Below, in pieces: positions 45,109 to 49,558 of a stretch of 49,558 nt of DNA; within the stretch, counting starts at the first letter, position 1, and the number at the start of each line of letters is the position of its first letter. Origin of the DNA: Diadema antillarum (Eukaryota); NCBI RefSeq assembly GCF_040938485.1, contig NW_027270980.1, positions 1,564,443 to 1,614,000 of the forward strand, written 5' to 3'. Below the pieces are notes generated by a model. The model saw only the letters and a list, made by a program, of their open reading frames with translations, was not told where the DNA came from and searched no databases. The position numbers were made by a program, and so were the translations under genes.

Positions 45109-48100
45109 AATACAAATATGACAAGATTCCTAATTAATCCTAGTTACCTTGTGATTAAAGCTTTGACACATCGATAGTTTAGAATATTATGCTGCACCTT
45201 CCTTTTGTTTTCATTAGAATGTGCATACAATGAGATAATACTCTGAAATGTCAGTATGTTGCACCCATGCACAGTGCTAGTGTGCTGAATATAGTTCAGG
45301 CTAATTCTGCAAGGCCCCCGCCCACGGAATTCCAGGCATTACTCACTTACATTTGATTTTGCAGTCAGATTAACAAGGGAGCCCGCCCACAGGTGTTCTA
45401 TGGACGTCAAATTAAAGTTCTGTGTGACTGTTTCCCGAATCAAGCAATGTAGAGAGTAGGTTGTGTTCATTCCCTGTTCTCACATGATGGAAGTGTTGCA
45501 GGTTGTATGTGCAAACAAAACACAGAATGATACCATTGCATTGCCATCAAAATCACTGTTTTCATGATATCACTGAGACCTGTAGAAATATTTTAATTCT
45601 TCCACCATAGAAGTACGGCTCGTCATATACATTTTGAATGCAAATATTTTGCGTCATTTAGCAATGCAGTGCTGGACATTACTGCACAAACTGTACAATG
45701 TAGTACGCATATTTATGTCATTGTGTACAACAAAATAGGTCATGCAATAGCACAGACTGTTGATACAGTATAAAACTAAATCTTGTTTCTCTATCCTACT
45801 TGTTCTTCTGTATCACAATGTGATATTTGTTCATTTCAGAATGTACAATGAAAATATATACAGCTGTACATACAGTTACATGTACGCCTTGCAAGTTGTT
45901 TATACGGTTACATGTGTATCAGAAGTGACATGTTACATACACATAATGTACATACATTTTGTAGACGTAGATGTCAATACACAGAACATTTGGTCTTTAT
46001 TGAAAATACTAACTGTAGTGACACTGGTCAACATACCCATATTATCAACACTGTTCACCATTCTTTTCTCATCCAGCTGGTTGTACAGAGGTTTGCATTT
46101 CATACAGTACCACTGTTTGCCGTATTCATATGTCTGCAATTTACATACCCAAACATTCATATGCAGCGTGTACATGTACATGTACAGTAGACGTAGTAAT
46201 TATAGATTTTGGTAAAAGTTGGTCTTGGAGTTAACTTTGCTTTTTATGTAAAAAATGGCATAAAGAACTCATCAAATCTGGATATTCTGCTGAGGGAGAA
46301 TTTAATAGATTTTAAAGTGAAAGCAGCCCAGAGACAGGTGTACAAAGAAATACTGGTACAATTTATCTGTAGACCTGTATCTGTAGTCATATGATACTTC
46401 TATACTTATGTTATACATAGGTATACAATGTACATTACATTGTGCAGGAGGGCACTTTTTGTGTATATCGCCATCAGAGCGAGCAGTGTCCGGCAACCAC
46501 TGAGTGTAATGATGGTGATTGGTTGTATGCATTGTGAGCTTTTATCCTCATTAAGATTGGACTCGACACTAGTCTGGCTTCAAGACATTGTGAAACCGGT
46601 GACATGGCATCACAAGCTTATTAAAAGGGTTTTGCACATTACTACAAGGCTGTCTGATGTCCTGTGAAAATGGTAAACACGCTGTACATGTACACTACAC
46701 AAGGTACAGGTATTACAATATTAAAAAGGCATCAGGCAAAAACGGCCATGAATACGAGGGAAGTTTAAGTGTAGCGTATCTTAAAATTTTAATGGATGTG
46801 GGCCTACCTGTTCTGTTCATTGGACATTTAGATTGTGATTATGTACTTGTAGGCCCTGAGCCATGGAAAGATACAAATTTGTAGCTCTCCTGGATCATGT
46901 GTACTGTTGTGAATATGGTCTTTCTACAATTTACGTGTATCCACATGTGAATTGAAGGCCGACATACAAATGTTTGTATTCAGTATCTGATGATGATGTT
47001 TTATTAGGGATTATGATAGTGTTTCTCTGCAAGAACACAGGCAAGGCACTCTGTACTGTTTATTACATTGTATGTAGGACCTACATGTATTTCCTGTGCA
47101 TTTAATTGTGCCGTATGACAAGAGACACACACCCTTCTTTGTTTGTTTGTTTTTTCTGAGAAAAAAGAATGACTATTTCTTCACATCCTGACAAAAGGAT
47201 CTAATTTTACTATCCCTGATTTGAGAATGATGTTTTGCCTACAGATACATACTACAAGTGCTGCAGTGTAGCACACGTGTACGGTCCATGATCAGTCAAT
47301 GGAACCAGTAAGTTTGATTTAATATACTGTAGTGTACATGTTGTGTAGATTGGAAGCCCCGGTACCAATGGCTAGCTCAGATCTCTTTCCTAAATGCAAG
47401 TTACAACTCAGTTTGTCTGGTGCACAAATCAGACAGGAATTTCACGTCCCAGTGATGAAGTAGAGGGGTCACCAGTGGGACATAGGTTATCTGGAAGACA
47501 GTAGACAATACCAGTGGTTCAGAGTGTAGCCATCACTGACACATATCATGCATTCTATCAATTGATAGACCTGTCTACTCTTTGTTACCAGTAGCCAGTG
47601 ATACAAACAAACAACAAATGGATATTTCTTTTAAACTACATGTAGGTCATACTGGGAATTTGTGTATTGTAATTGTATCTTTAAATATTTTGGGAGTCAG
47701 GGTCTAGGGGTTCATGTTTAATCAAGGGAGAAGGTACAGCATTTTGCTATCTTTTATGTAACATGGTGATATCTTCTATTACCGGTACCAGTAAATGTGT
47801 TGGATATAAAATCAGTCTGTCAAAGGAGTCACCTCAGATTTTAGACAACAGTATACAAATTGTTTGTGCGAATGATGCATTTTTGCTTATCTCCCCCACA
47901 CACATGCACACTACATGTAGTTTAGTATGATATTGCTAAAGGTACTGCAGTAAAGATGAGTTCCTACATACAAATTGTATCCACACAGTCCAATTCTACA
48001 CATGTTATACATTTTATTTATGTTATTTGCACATGAAAATATTTATAAGAAATCCATATGGTGTTGTTGATAATTTACATGTAGCATGTGGAAACAATTC

Positions 48101-48391
48101 ATTCTGCCCATGGCTATAGTACGTATCACCAAGTCATCACAGCGTTTGTTAAGATTTGATGAGAATGAGGCCTGTACATTGTAAAGTGACAACTGTACAT
48201 TTGTACCTTCTGTTGAATTCATGTTAAGGGGAAATTCAGTGAAAATGTGTGTAAAACCAGTGGCAGACTTTTCAGGTAATCGAACCATTACGCCATCTAC
48301 ATGTACTGTACATTGTAGATCATGCTTTTGACAGATTCAGAATATACTTTCCTTGAAGTGAATGAAAACATGCAGAACTTAGAATCCTGTA

Positions 48392-48917
48392 TAGAGTGCT
48401 GCATTCACATAACCTTTTCTACCACTTGCCTGGACAGGCAAGCAGACTTCCAAATTGTTGGAGGATACTTGCTCAAACATGAATTTTACCTGCCCGAAAA
48501 TAAAATCCAAAATTATAAGAAACTGATTTTTAATAGAAAATCACTTGTAAGTCAGAGCTTTATAAGGCACTGTCATTTGAATAAACAGCTCACATTGATT
48601 CCCATGCTTTAAACACATTGAGTACTATAACAAACTTTGGACATAATAGGACTTTTTAAGTGTTGGAAAGTTGCTGAAATGAAATTAAAGTGTGCTGCAT
48701 CTCAATACTCAAAGCAATCATTATTTGAGCTTGTAGTATGGTTGACTTTGTGGGTTTGTGGGGGAGGGGGGGGGGGGAGGAGGAACTGTGGCTCAAAACT
48801 TTTTCTTGCCCAATTTGGGCAAACATATTTTCTCATTGGTCCAAAACACTTGCCCGACATTGACTTTCACTTGCCTCGGGCAATAGGGCAAATGCTTCGG
48901 TCTACATGTACACCTTG
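48392..48917 (+). mobile_element. hAT-like MITE, same family as 38252-38948
   Basis: Shared blocks aattttac.tgcccgaaaa, ggttgactttgtgggtttgt-polyG and aaaacacttgccc. An 8-bp direct repeat ctgtatag lies at 48387-48394 and 48918-48925. Confidence 0.6.
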
Positions 48918-49558
48918 CTGTATAGACAAAATGCAAGATCAGATTCAATTGCTGCATGGAGCTCCTTGGTTGTTATCGTCAGATTTGATGGTGCTGTCAC
49001 TGCACTGCCTGTATGAATTCATGCAGATCCTGTAGTTTTTGAAGTGAGGAATGTTTCCCTTTAACTCAAAATGCTCAGAGTTCTGTGCAACCCAAGCTAG
49101 CTGGAGAGTAGTTTGACAAGCTGTGCCTAGCAGCAAGGCAGAATAGCTATCTCCCGAGGGGTTCAGCTGGGTCTTTTCAATTTGACTGGCTGCTCAGCAG
49201 GGAGAACTCTACTCATAACTCTGCCAGGCAAGATTCTGTCTGCCATGGGACCACATCTTGCACAAAATGAATTCTACAATACAAAGCAGTAGCAGCGTTC
49301 AGTCCAGAGTTGCTTTGGATTACGCGCTGGCACTGCAGGTTCGAATAAAGTGGTGTCTTATTGGCAATAAATGCAAGCTCTTTCGTGCATGTAATAAATG
49401 CAATACGGTATAGTGAGTGATTGTGGCCCATTGCCAGAAAGCATCACAAGATGACACAACTCTCTACATGAAAGCAATTTTGTGAAGAAATGTAATACCA
49501 TTCTGCATCTGGATTACATGGAATAATTTTTCCAATCTTGGATATCAGCGATGGACTA

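Noticed and set aside
45351-45473. Candidate minus-strand 123-nt exon (GMNTTYSLHCLIRETVTQNFNLTSIEHLWAGSLVNLTAKSN) with a GTAAGT donor and three N-glycosylation sequons
   Set aside because: The acceptor is weak, no partner exons were found and no homology is recognised. RNA-seq would be needed.
40454-49431. Numerous 60-157 aa ORFs in the right-hand region
   Set aside because: None shows a recognisable domain or a consistent exon structure. Their composition (rich in C, V, Y, H, T, M) reflects the TG/CA-rich non-coding DNA.

Overview
Intron-rich, AT-rich animal genomic DNA. A marine invertebrate deuterostome such as an echinoderm is inferred from the repeat landscape only. There are two assembly gaps. 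The left 28 kb holds a four-gene ARF-family small GTPase cluster that the ORF track shows only as fragments, but which splices by hand into four intact 4-exon genes with identical phase-1 intron positions. One gene has canonical motifs (+ strand, 25294-27731, 194 aa). Head-to-head with it lie three tandem minus-strand paralogs: A 3216-6531, B 10786-13937 and C 17954-21045. The paralogs keep the P-loop and NKQD but have all lost the DxxGQ switch-II motif (VVGSG, DIGFR, DIGFH). They also carry an MGQCLC putative myristoyl plus palmitoyl N-terminus, and their mutual differences concentrate in the switch-encoding exon 2. This candidate canonical-ARF plus diversifying pseudo-GTPase array is the main finding. 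Its function is unknown and expression cannot be shown from sequence alone. The repeat units carry private insertions that can be checked against empty sites: a young 5'-truncated LINE, several MITEs, and a 1.73-kb TIR element at the predicted poly(A) cleavage site of copy C. A tRNA-Asp(GTC) gene lies at 1333-1404. From about 30 kb onward I found no gene I can support, only a CpG-rich promoter-like stretch near 32 kb, MITE, Helentron-like and LINE relics, and a CpG-poor, TACATGTA-rich domain. All coordinates, alignments and counts were done by hand.
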